64,000 bases of DNA from NCBI GenBank assembly GCA_015680685.1, contig MNCI01000520.1, positions 789,731 to 853,730 on the forward strand, written 5' to 3'. Numbering within the stretch: the stretch's first letter is position 1; each line of letters starts with the position of its first letter. A program made the position numbers and the translations under genes. This document shows, one piece after another, positions 50,101-62,747 of this stretch. This stretch comes from Gnetum montanum. Lineage: Eukaryota; Plantae; Gnetophyta. The notes under the pieces are model-generated. The model was not told where the DNA came from, searched no databases, and saw nothing but the letters and a program-made list of their open reading frames with translations.

Positions 50101-52500
50101 TCAACTTCCATGAAGTTAATAATAGGCAAATTATCTTCACCTTTTAAGAATTTAAAAAATTGTATGCATGGTTCTTCCTCTACCTTTAACCAATTGAGAT
50201 AACTCTTGATGAGAGCACTCTTAGCATTATGCATATCCCATTTTTTTTTGATTGAGTGAAAATAAGCAAGTTTTTGTTGAAGAATAATATTAAATAGATC
50301 TTTTTATATTACAATTTTGATTTGTTGAATTTCATCATAGAATTTTTTTTCAGTCTCCCTTTATCTCTTGGCATATTACTTACTTGACCAATGGAAAAAA
50401 TTACAAACATGATATATAGCACACAACCACTAATCAATCTAACCTAATTTACCAAGGGGTTTTATTTCTATATTCCATAGAGACGTCAAAATACCTTTTT
50501 CAGAAGAAATAAGAAATAAAGATACATTCATATGGAAAAGTTCAAAGCATCGAACTCAAGATTTAATACAAAATTATATATTAAGAGAAATTGAAAAATG
50601 GTCTGAAAGAGTTGCATCTTTATGAATTGTAACATTTTCATCACAAAACTAAGAAGAATAATTGAAAAAATAAAATCAATAAAGTCTTTCAAACATTTGG
50701 GTATTACCTTCATGGATGTAAGAGTAGGCAAACCAATCATCAAGAAAAACATTTGATCTAGCAACATCAAATAAAAAAAATTGTTTCTTAACATTACATC
50801 AAATAAAAAGCTTATGTTCTACAAGATGAGAAGAATCTCCGCAAATTTTATCACAAGAACTTCTAATCATATTTAAATCACCACCAAAAAGCCAAGGAAT
50901 GTTAATTAAGCTTTGGAGATGAAACTACCATAGAGCAATTCTATCTACAGAAGTAGTAGGAGCATAAATATTACAAATAAGAAAAATATGTACAATACCT
51001 TAAAGAATTAGCTAGACTATAGAATTATCTCTACCATGAGAGAGAATTATTTAGACTAAAAATGATTGATAATGAGAGCTACATTATCTTGACTAATATT
51101 ATGATTAGTGAATAATACTATAAAATCATGAAGAATACTATTACTAGCCATGACTATATTTGGATTGGAAAATTTAATCTCTTGAAGAAGAATAAAATTA
51201 GAAACTAAATGTTGTATATGAAAAAAGCATTGAAAACTTTTATCTGAAGTTTATTAGTAAGACCTTAAACATTCCATGTAAAGATTAACATTGGGTGGGT
51301 GGGTAGGAGGTCCTACCCTATTAGTAGAAACAACATTATCAAAAGAAATTATCTCCATATCTCAACCAATAGCTACAAATGAATTATTAGTAATTAAAAT
51401 ATCCTAAACATACTAATCATTTTGAAGATTTAGCATATATTCACTAATAGATAGTCTTTATTAATGTTTTTTATTATGAAGAACCATTTGAAAATCATCT
51501 AAATCAATAATATATTTTAGTAAGACCTTAGGAACATATATTTGTTCCTCCTTAATCATTAAAGAATTCTTTAAAATTGATTTCATTAGAACCTTTCTTG
51601 AAGATACATTTTGTTGAACAACAATAATAGAAAGGAGTGAGCTAACTATTGAAATTTCTTTAGAAGAAATCATCATAGGATTTGTAGTATTTATAGGAAA
51701 AATCTTAGTATAAATTATAACATTTGTAGAAGAAACCATAGTAGCATTTGAAGTAGCTTGTTATTGACATGCTTGCATCATCTTTTTTCATAGCATTAAA
51801 GGACATAAATTAAACATATGATTGTCTTAATGATAATAGTGACATGAATTTGGAAGATTGTAATAAACAAAATTTTGCACATAATCAATTTCATGAGCAC
51901 GTGAAAGAATTTCTCGTTTAAATCAAGATCCACTTTAATCATATATTGAATTCCATGAAAACCACTAGGTGTAGCTAGGGTTTCAAAATACTTGATTGGT
52001 CCAATTCAAGAGATAATTTTCCTTTCAAATTTTTTAAAAATTAATGGAAGATTCAACAATTTAATAAAGTAAGGAATATTTTAAAACTCAGGATATGTTG
52101 GATTAAAAGAGGAAGTCCACTTTTGAATAATTAATAAACTATGATGATTATTGAAAACACTAATATCAAGGATCTTAGAAATCATCATTGAATCAACAAA
52201 TTATACCAACAAAAATAAGTTTGATAAATAATGATAAAGGACAACATCTAAATCTTGATCTTTTTAAACTAAAAGGAAATAACTCAAAAAACTTGAGGAA
52301 CTAGGTAAATAATCTAGAATTTGCATAAAAACATACCATTTAGAAAGTTTTTGAGTAATAGATTCATATAAATCATCAGGTAATTTGTAGAATGACAAAG
52401 AAGTGGTAGTTTTGCTTGAAGGATCACTTATTGAATCTAGTAGCATTACACATAATATCAATAGAATGACAAAATATTGACAAAATTTCAAATACTTAGC
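47160..52500 (-). mobile_element. Near full-length degenerate L1-type LINE
   Basis: ORF1 knuckle NSCHYYH*DNHMFNLC (~51805-51852); ORF2 start MLIFTWNV*GL at 51291; LLQEIK; WLFGGDLNM; RT HWDVVG..LNRGVIKLIP (49707-49910); C-terminal Cys region. Confidence 0.85.
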
Positions 52501-52699
52501 TTGCAAAATCTAGAGCTTTCAAGTTCAATCTTGAATTCTTTTTTCAAAATATTTTTAACTTCAAAATCTAGAGTTTCCAAGTTCAACCTTGAAATCGCTT
52601 CTAAACTTTTTACTCATATGAATAATCTTATAATTAATTTTTTAAAAAAATCAAAAAAGAAAAATTAATTATTAGTAGGAAGAATAGACCCTACCTTAG

Positions 52700-53600
52700 C
52701 ATTATTTACATCACTTTTAATATTCATGCTCAAACTTAAAATAACAAAAGAATTTTAAGTAAATATAAAAAGCTATAGTAATATACCAATATATTTTGCA
52801 TTCTCTTGACATTGTTGCTTGATGTAAATAAATGTCCAGAATCTTTACTATTAACTAAAATTTTTTTGTAAACATTATTTTTGATTTTTAACTTAACATT
52901 ATTTTTTTCAAATAAGGATACATTTATCTTATGAACTATCTATTTGGATTAATTAATACTTCCTATAGTATAAGTAAAAATATTTTTGGAAGCTTCTATC
53001 TTCTTTGGTTTCTTTATTGACATTTCAAATAATTCTATTCTTATCATTGATATTAACTTGATTTTTCATATCTTTAGCTTCAAATTATTTTTTATATCTT
53101 CAACTTAAACATTTTTATTCTTTTTCTAAGCATATTTTTCTTGAACTAAAATTAATAAATATTAAAAAAATATCTTTCATGGTAACAAAAAATGACAAAA
53201 ATTAAGAATATTATAATATGTAATTATTTGAATGTTGGTATTTTCACTTCCTTGTAGTACTAATTCTTTCTTATGATTAAAAAGATTAATTTCAAAAAAA
53301 TAAAAATAAAAATTGTGAGAATCAAATGGTAAGGAAATAGATTCTATATGCTTAATGGGACCAAGAAGACTAACAATTTATTGTTCATCCCTTCAAAAAT
53401 CAAGAGAAGATTAAATAGTTTAACAAAATATGAAATTTTTGATTATTCTTCAAATTGGACATCAAAATTTGAAGTCTACTAACAAATAATCAATGTGACA
53501 TGCTTATATATAAATGATCCTATATCTAAGGTACCTTGCACCATCAAAGCATCACCTAGCTCAACAAGTAGAAAAACATGATAATTGTACCTTGCATGAA
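52700..53600 (-). mobile_element. LINE ORF1 relic, second copy
   Basis: LLGPIKHIES (cf. IGPIKYFET at ~52000) and NFCHFCYHE knuckle; repeat of 46370-47070. Confidence 0.55.
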
Positions 53601-55195
53601 TGGGGGTGTTTCAAACCCAAAAAATTAAATATATTAAAAAATGAAATTTAGAGTACAAAAGTAGAGAAGTAGAGGAGAAACTAAAAAACAATAAAAGGGA
53701 AAGACCCAACAACTTTGGGGATGCCTTTTCAGGTTTTCATCCTTACAATCAATCTTGAAAAACCTTTCCTCTTAGGTAGCAAAAGGATCAAACCTTGCCC
53801 TCACTCTAAAGCACCCAAATGGGTTTTCACTTCTTACTAAAGGTTTACTATTAATAAAAAATAAAACTATAGAGAGAAATATCTAGGAATTTAGATGAAT
53901 CATCATTTGTTAAATGATGTCACCTTGAATTGACAAAGGAGGAAAATTAGCTAGAGAATCTCTGTGAAAAAGCACATGACATCAAAACTTCTAGATTACA
54001 TAAATAATAAAAAAATGAGAGAAATACCAACTATGAAGTAGAAATATTTGAAGTTGAGGAGTATCAAAAAATAAAGCTTTATTTATTCTTGGTTGAAAAC
54101 TATGTAAATACCAACTATACCAAATCCAAGAGCTACAAGTAAGGGGACAAGTAGAAAAATAGTGTATGAATGTATCTTCCATGTTGTAGATAGGACATCT
54201 TAGGTCATGAAAACCCAAATGAGAGTATCAAATACCAATAGGTAAATCTTGATGAATCAAGTATCACAAAAAATGTCTAATTTTTGAAGAAGTGGGTGCA
54301 TTCCATATCTTCTGAATTCCCTACTTCCATAACTGCACATTGAAATTAACCTTCCAAAGATAATTGATTCTTGGCCAAATATTAGTATTAGAACTAATAA
54401 GAGAATACAAAATCTTAGGCTGATATGAAGAAAATTGATGGCCATTAATCCAAGAAAAATCAAGAAAACCATTAAGGAAATCTTGAATAGCTACACTTTT
54501 TTCCAAAATATCCAATAGATTAAAAATGTAGATATTTTAGAAACATTAATGCCATAGAGACTTTGATACTTAGATCAAGTAATCTAAAGATTAAGCATGC
54601 AAAGAGATGAAAGGGAGGAAATGCTAAGCTTGCATCATGTACTACAAAGACATGGACACTTAATAGTACATGGTTCATTATTAATTGGAAGTAACCAAGG
54701 AGAAAGCTTATTAAGCATAGAGGTAGTAATAGAAATATTTTTGAAGTTTTAAAAATCATTGATAAAACTTCAAGCCTTCCAAATATTATTTTTGACAATA
54801 GAACTTGATATAGTAATGCATTTTGGAAAAATGATACAATTGAAAGAATAGATATCTTTTCAATAACCACTACCTTAAGAATTACCTATCTAAATGCACT
54901 TCTGAAAAAGAAGCTTTCAAGGCTTTATACTAGAGAAGCATTTAACCATTCACTTGACATATAAAATACTATCCTACTTATACTAATTTATCTATCCTAA
55001 TCCAACATCCTCTTTTTGACAAGTGAAAATGTCCCATGTAACATGATAATATCCTTTTCTAGAATGGCTACTACTCCAAAGAAAACTCTCATAAGTTGGT
55101 TAATGTGACAATATGAATAAATACTAGAAGTCCAACTTGAAGAATAATACATGAGTAGCTTGAATGATATCATTACAAACAATAAAATCATCAGC
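53601..55195 (-). mobile_element. LINE 3' half, paralogous to 47295-48884, cut by an LTR
   Basis: Colinear similarity throughout; LRCPIYNMEDTFIHYFSTCP C-terminal zinc motif. Confidence 0.85.
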
Positions 55196-56109
55196 TGATG
55201 AGTAGTGAAAGATACCCCTACACCCAACCATATGAATCACAAAGCGTTCATGTGCAATCTGGTTGAATTCTATAGACTTTATAGTTTTCTGGTGCACTAT
55301 TTTTCTAAGAAGTAAACTAGGCATTGAGAACATTCATTATCTTCCCAACTACACTCGTGAAGCTTAAGTGTCTAGTTTAAGTGTAATTGAGGCACATAAT
55401 TTTTATCATTTTATATTTTATGGTTTTGGTGCTTAAAATAAATAGGATAAAGAATAAAGTAATTTAATGTCTACTTTAATCTAATGGGCTAACTATTGTT
55501 TAACTAGTGCTAACATAAATATTTGGTCCCACTTGTCATACACATCTCGAATACATATAATGTTGCTAGGTCACCAAGTGTTAAGTGCTACTAGAATTAT
55601 TGAACATCATACGCATGCTCAAAGTGGTCGTACTTATGTATTTACTTAATCATTATTTAGCTTATCTTGCTTAATTACTTAATTAACTTAATTATTGAAG
55701 AACATTGAATAAATGACTAAAAATATTAAATGCATGAATAAAACATTTAAGCTATCTAGAATGTTGCAAGGTTTATCAAGAAGCTCATCTTTATTGCCAC
55801 ACATACTACCATGCTTAAGTATAATAGTGCTTGAAGAAAGATTCATACACTCAATGACTTCTATTGTGAGCACTCAGGAAAATATTCTAACTTTCAAATG
55901 TAAAAATTGCAAGAGCTTTGCTACAACTATGTTAAAATATATCTAAAAAATGGTGGGTTGGCATGTATTTATAGGCAAGAATAGGCCCTGCGTCGATGGG
56001 GCCATGTCAATGCGTCAAATGATGCGTTGACAGGGCCTAGTTGATGTGGCCCAATCGATGGGACCTAGTTGATGAGGCCTCATTAATGTGGCCAATCTAC
56101 AACTCATGA
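55196..56109 (-). mobile_element. 3' LTR (family A) of a minus-strand Athila-like element
   Basis: Colinear with 3505-4417; PPT-side context at 56110-56160 matches 43710-43759. Confidence 0.85.
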
Positions 56110-56335
56110 TACTACCACCACTAAATGAAAATTCATCCTTGAGTTCTTTTACAAAATTGGAAAAGTATGGGATTATTAGCTAGCACATGATACAACAAAA
56201 CTATCATGACAAAACTAAGTGCTTGGGTGTACAAATCAAGAAAATTACAAATTTGTGGTGTTCACAACACAAAATTAAACATCAAATAAAAATTGAACAA
56301 CATGTCCTTTAATGGCATGAAGATAATTGAAAAGA

Positions 56336-57260
56336 TCACATGATCCTAGGCAGTGGAGGCTTTTGAGGTTCTAACAGACCCTCTTCAACTTTAGACACAT
56401 GTGGTAGGTGAGGCTAATATGGCTATCCTACTACTACTGCAACTTCTGGTAGAAGATGAAAAAGCATCCAATAATGCCTTCATCTTCTCCTCACTCCTAT
56501 GATCTTGTATAGTCCACGTAGCTTCAACAATGTAGGTCGGAATGGGCACATCCTAAGGATAAGGAATAGTTGGGAATAACTCCTTAGCATTGATGAACCA
56601 AGTAATGAATTATTTGTGCTCAACATTGAATTCCCTAATTGCATTTTGTAGCTCTTGGTAATCATTCATTCTCCTAGCTAGTTTCTCAATAGTTGATCAT
56701 TGATCAGTTTATCTTTCCTTGAGAACTTTGAGTTTAGTGTTTGCTATCACAAGCTTTTGCTTGGTGTCCTTTTGGTACTTGAACTCAACCTCATACAACA
56801 AGTATGAGCTGGCGACTTACTTTTCAAGTTCTAACCATAGCCATCTAATAGTCAACATTATTAGATTTGCATATCAGAGATTGGCTAGTTCCATATATTT
56901 TGTCATTTCTTTGATTTGCAACTCCTTCATGCATATCTCTACTTTGTTGTAGGCATCTATCCCATCAATGATAGGCTGCCACATCTATCTTCCTTATTGG
57001 AGTTGCTGGAGTGTCTCATTTAGTTTTGCCTTAGCCACTTGGATATGTTTCTCATTCATCTCCTTCTACAAGCTAACCTAGTCTTTGTAGTGATTCTTAA
57101 CTCTCTCAAATTTGAGAGCCTTATTTTTCTAGGTATCAATTTCAATGGTAGATTTATGGTGTAAGGAATGAACTTCCTCCATAGAGAGATTGTGATTATA
57201 TTTTGTTAATCTCCTCAATTTTGTATTCACTCTACCTATATGCTCGTATTGTTGATGGAT
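56336..57260 (-). pseudogene. C-terminal part of the env-like coiled-coil ORF (third copy)
   Basis: 57030-57190 aligns with 12940-13100; ends KPPLPRIM* at 56336. Confidence 0.6.
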
Positions 57261-59435
57261 GAATTCTTACATGTATTATCTTTGTGCATCAAAATTTTAT
57301 AGGTGATGGTTTTTTGTTGTCAACGTTTTATTTTCTTGGTGCATTTGAACCAAGTTATTTTGAACTAAATAGGTCTATGCTTCAACTATGGACTATTAAA
57401 GATATCCATTACCATTCCCTCCTTAACTTGTTTTAATCACTCCTGAAGCTATTGAAAAGACTTATTTCTTGTTATTATGTGGTTATCCAGGAACTACATC
57501 ATATAAATTGCCCCACTATGCTTATTATAATCAAGTGTGTGAAACCTGATGGAGTAAATATGACCAAGCCAGAATACTTTCAAAAAGCAAGGATCCCAGC
57601 TGTTAGTTATTAGTCCGTGCCATCCTCAACCGTTTAGCTATGAGGGATATCCCCCATTCTAATAACAAGCAGGATTAATAACCATTTTTATTTTCTTTGA
57701 TTTTTCAATTTTTGGTTTCCAGTTTTTCATTTTTCAAGATTTTTTTTTATCTTTTTATCTTTTTGTGTTTTTGTGTTTTTTGTCTTTTTATGTTTTTGTA
57801 AGTAATCTCATCTACCAATAAAACACTCATGTGGATCGTTGGTTGAGGTGTGTTTTATGTTGTCGTGTCTCGAGTGATCAATTATTTGGAATAGTGAGCC
57901 CATTACACCCACTCATCCATTGTACAAATAAAGAGGTTCTGTTTGAGAGTACAATGATATTCTTAACATTCTTAGAACTTAAAGTTAATTTTGTGTTCAT
58001 TGTACCCAGAATGAAGAAGGGTGGACCAAGAGGGAATGATTAGGGTGTGACATCAAGGGGACTTGTGGATTCTCTTTGGTGATGTCTGTGGGAGTTATCA
58101 TGCAACGTGGTTGTACTAAGATCCTTGTAGATCTAATGAAATGGGAGTAAGAGTAATCAAAAGGGCACTCGAAAATCCAATGCTGTTATAGGGGGTCCCA
58201 CTAGAAAGACATGCATCCATGCCTGAAGGTTGGTGGCTTCTCTGGATTCAGTAAAGTGAAAAAAAAGAAAAGAAGAAAAACAAAGTGCCATAAAACAAAA
58301 ATCACTCCTCCCTTGAACAAAACACCAAGTGATCATACGCCTTGTTGTTATGGTACTCTCATAGTTGCTCATCATGGGATGAAACAATGCGATGTCACTG
58401 CTTAGAGAAATTAACTTGGTCCTGATCTTGGATCGATGGGTTAATGACATGTTAATCATGCTTTACACGTAGGATTCATTGTGTCCTAGGTCAGTCAATT
58501 CATGTCCCAATCTTTACGATCCCTTTCTATAATTCATCTCATCTCATTGTTCGTGTAATTGTAGCTCATGCCCTGTGTAGTAGAGAATTTTCATCTCATT
58601 CTAGTGATATTTACATGTGTGTGTTTTGTGGAGTTAGTGCAGATTACATTTAACCCTTCTAGTTCCCATGGACACTTTTAAGTGTGGTTACACAAGGGAA
58701 TTATAGGTTATAACCTGCTTTGGGGAGGACCCACTTGTGTAATCTTTTGTAATCTTCGCTTATGACACAGCTCACGCACACCATTTCTTACCCTTAGCAT
58801 ATTGCCAACAATTTTCTTTTTCTTATTACCATCACATAGCCTTTTTCTCTACCATCTAAGGTTCTTATTGATAAATTCCACACCATCATAATTTTTGTGC
58901 CTTTAGAACTAGTTGAATTACCTTGGAACCCTTTAACAATCGTCCAGATGTCCTTAGTTTACATTGTTTAATTTCAAAGAAATATTAAAAATTTGGTACA
59001 TTCTCTAAGTGCCCTAACTTCAATGAAAATATATATATGTGAACCCCCTGTGCTAATCAACATCATGCTTTCATATCCATAACTTGCTCGCTGGTACTTC
59101 GATTTTCATTCCATTGAACCTACTTGAACCCAAAGTGTTCAGCTTAGTCATGGGGAAGGGGCACAGGCCAAATAGTGCATAAATTTTTTGAAATTCATCA
59201 TTAACCGAAGGACATCTTTAAGGGTAATTAGTTGTAAATTAAGAATAAAATGTGTCAAAAATAATTTCATCCCCTTAGCTATACCAGAAAATTAAATTTG
59301 GAAAACACATAAGCAAATATGACTCAACATTATAATCTTTTGGGGAAATGTTCTTCCAATAATTAACATCACATAGAAATAAAGTAAATCTATTAAGGAA
59401 AGCAGTAAGGTATAACCTAACTTTGGTAACAACCT

Positions 59436-59464
59436 TACTAACGATTGGTCCCATGTGATTGCAG
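59436..59464 (+). promoter_or_regulatory. Putative branch point and 3' splice acceptor directly before the env-like ATG
   Basis: TACTAAC at 59436-59442; TTGCAG|ATG at 59459-59467. Confidence 0.55.
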
Positions 59465-60046
59465 ATGGCCCTGAAACGCAGACAACAGGAAGGTCCTGCT
59501 CAAGGTGCGATCAAACAACCTGGGAGAGGTGAAGGACAAGTTCCTGATGAAAAACATGTAGAGCAGGAGGAACAATCATTTAGTATCCACCAAGAAGACC
59601 CTACTGCTATACAATCAAGGCCTACCCTCTTTGAAAGTAGTGCCTGGTACTTAGGGGAAATGTACCAATTTTGGCACAATAAAGAAGAAGGCACCATGGT
59701 TAACAATTGTGGTGTGACTGTTGATTTCTCTCTTTAAGCCATTTCGGAAGTATTATACCTTTGGAATACAGGGCCAAAGGCTGCTTAGAACTAGCTAGAC
59801 ACTTTTAGAACCAAGAAACTTAATAAAATATTGACATAGAATAAAAGGGTGGCAAAAGAAAAAGAGAAGGCTAATTGGGGTGCCTCTATGGCACAAGCGC
59901 AAACTTACGTGCATGCCAAGGCACTCAAGGCCTTACAAGAGGAGAAAATCCAGGCCATACTTCAACGCTATCAAATTCTAAGACTTGGAATGCAAGAAAA
60001 GGGAAAGACGCCAATGGAAGAGCCACCGCCACCAGGAACTACATGA
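59465..60046 (+). pseudogene. Miniature env-like ORF (194 codons, four internal stops)
   Basis: Single frame MALKRR...SAWYLGEMYQFWHN...EKEKANWGASMAQAQTYVHAKAL...EEPPPPGTT*; three blocks match the long ORF at 12298-15511. Confidence 0.7.
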
Positions 60047-61035
60047 GTTCCACCATTTTGTAATCATATGATTTTCTTTTGTGTTGTGTCTCAATCTTGT
60101 TTTCTTCCCACACTGTGGCATCATTCCATTTTTTCCATCTGATAATCCTATGCCTATCCACTGTGTAATCACTATAACTCGAGGATGAGTTTTTATGCAG
60201 TCGTGGGGGTATGATGGGATGCGATATACACGATATCGCATCCTCCCCTGCGATGTCACATATGCGATATCGTAGCCCATAGCTAGTTCTATAAATAAGA
60301 GGCAGCTCTCCCTTGTTTCATACCTTAGATGTTAGATTGTAGCTAGACTCTGGTAGTTTTGTCCCTCCAAAGTTAGAATATTTTCCAGTGTCTGCTAGTA
60401 GTGTGGTGAAAGTAATTGTATAACATCCTTTATTTGAGTGTGACATACTTGGACATGCACATGACCAGCAATAAAGATCGAGATTATTTCATCATTGTAG
60501 CATTTAATTTGTTTGTTTATTTATTTAATTGTTATTTACTACTTTCCTAGTTAATATCTCTTATCCTTATCTTCTAATAACGCAAAATGAGTACGACTTA
60601 ATTACAAGCATTTAAGTGTGACTACTTGGTAACCCAATGGCATACCTAGGATCTGTGCTTGGTAATCCCAGTAGTAGTCATGCACAAAGTCCAAGATGCG
60701 TATGAATAATCAAGGAATGGATGCTCATCGCACTTAGGCTAGATTAGATTCTCTTACCCTTTCTCTCTTAGCTTAGATAATATTACTTTCTATTGCCCTC
60801 AGAAGTAGCATTAGAGTAGAAACCCATCATACACCTCACTCTGGACTAAACCATATGTGACAAATATAATACTAGTCTAGGTGGGAAGATAGCAAACTGC
60901 GACCTAAGGATAACTATCTAGGTGCCACAACTAGTCCATCTACGGAGTTCGACTGGATTGCGCATGAAAATGCTCGTATTCGTATGGTTGAGTGTAGGGA
61001 TACCTCACCACTCATCAAGCAGGAAGAAGAAGATC

Positions 61036-62592
61036 AATGAGTCATTGTTGGTTGGATGTGTTGATGAGGCCTCATCGATGCAATCAACCACATCAATGAG
61101 ACCTCATCGACAAGGCCTCATTGATGCATCTTATCCTACATTGATGAGGCCTTATTGATGTAATGTCTATCCATCACCTATAAATATGCACCTACTAGCC
61201 ACATTTATGGAAATCTAGATTTTAGTAGTAGTGAAGCTCTTGCATTTTTTCTATTTGAAAGTTAGAATTTTTTCCCCAAGTACTTGTAGTAGGAGTCATT
61301 TAGTGTATGGATCTTTAATTGAACATTTTTGTAGCTAAGCACGACTGTGTGTGCAATAATAAAGATGAGATTTCTAATAAACCTTGTAGTAGTTTGTATT
61401 AATTAGCTATTTTATTCATGCATTTATTATTTTCAATTATTTATTAATTACTTTCAATTAGTTATTAAATATTTTCCAATTATTACATTAATGAGGCAAT
61501 TAAGCGAGATAGAATACACACATAAGTATGATCGCTTTGAGTGTAACATGTATTTTCTTGGTAATCCCAACAGTGTTAGTACTTGGTATGTCCAATAGTG
61601 TAGCACTTGGTCATCCAATAGTGGATACATGTACTGGCATGCTTATTTGCTTGCCTTTGTAGCTTAAGTTGCTTGGCCGCATTGCCTAAACACATTAATG
61701 AGGGGTGCAAGTTCCTGAAAATGTTTTGTGTAATAACATACATTGTGTAATGCTATGAGCTTTCTATTACTTTCTATTCCCCAGTTTTTTTATTTTATAG
61801 TTTCTATAGTATTTCTCTTAGCTGTCCTGTTCTTTTCCTTGATGCATGAGATCACATTAAAAATTTTAAGTCTCCTAGAATTTTTTTCCTTGACTGCCTA
61901 TAGCAAGAGTCATTCAGTGTATGGATCTTTATTTGAGCATTGTTGTTCCTGAGCATGATAGTGTGTGCGATAATAAAGTTGAGCTTTCTGATAAACCTTG
62001 TAGCACTTTGGATCAATTAGCTATTTTATTCATGCATTTACTTTTTTAATTATTTATTAATTACTTTTAATTAGTTATTAAATATTTTCCAATTATTACA
62101 TTAATGAGGAAATTAAGCGAGATAGAATACACACATAAGTATGATCGCTTCGAGTGTAACACATATTTGCTTAGTGATCCCAGTAGCGTTAATGCTTGGT
62201 ATGCCCAGTAGTGTAGTGCTTGCCCACCCAATAGTGGATACATGGGTTCAGGATGTGTATAGAAAGTGGAATAAATACTTATATTAGGATTATTTAAATG
62301 ATTAGTTAATTAGTTAATTTAGATTAGTTAATCAAATTCCTTTTTATCTACAATTCAAGCTCCCAACTATAAAACATAAAAAATTGATAAAAATCAAATG
62401 CCTTAGTTACACTTAACCATATCAACGAGCATCACAAGTGTAATTGAGAGGACAATGATTGACCTTAAGGCTAAATTCACTTCTTGAAGCACTAGTGTAC
62501 TGAAAATGATAAAGTCTACAAAATTTAACTAGCTCATGTGTGAACGCTTGTGATTCATAAGGTTGGGCGTAGGGGTACCTCGCCACTCATCA
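61036..62592 (+). mobile_element. 5' LTR (family A-related) enlarged by an internal duplication (61260-61632 vs 61873-62243)
   Basis: ATCGAT/GAGGCCTC repeat array, CTATAAATA at ~61178, terminus GTACCTCGCCACTCATCA at 62592, followed by a decayed PBS TAGTGCTATTGTCATGAA. The start coordinate is approximate. Confidence 0.7.
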
Positions 62593-62747
62593 TTAGTGCT
62601 ATTGTCATGAACTTTGTTTGTAGAACATGTGTTATTTAGGTTTAGGTGAATATCACTAATATTGTTGTATGAACCTAAAGGTTAATATCATTCCAACTAT
62701 ACATAGGATTATAAGAGCACACTAACAATTTCATTTTATTTTTCAAA

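Larger units (their letters stand above)
57300..61017 (+). mobile_element. 3' portion of an Athila-like element, with LTR 60212-61017
   Basis: Shares internal motifs with 41800-43760 (TCAAGGGGACTTG, TGCTTTGGGGAGGA, AGTCATGGGG); PPT AGTCGTGGGGGTA; LTR TGATG...CTCATCA related to family C. Confidence 0.8.
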
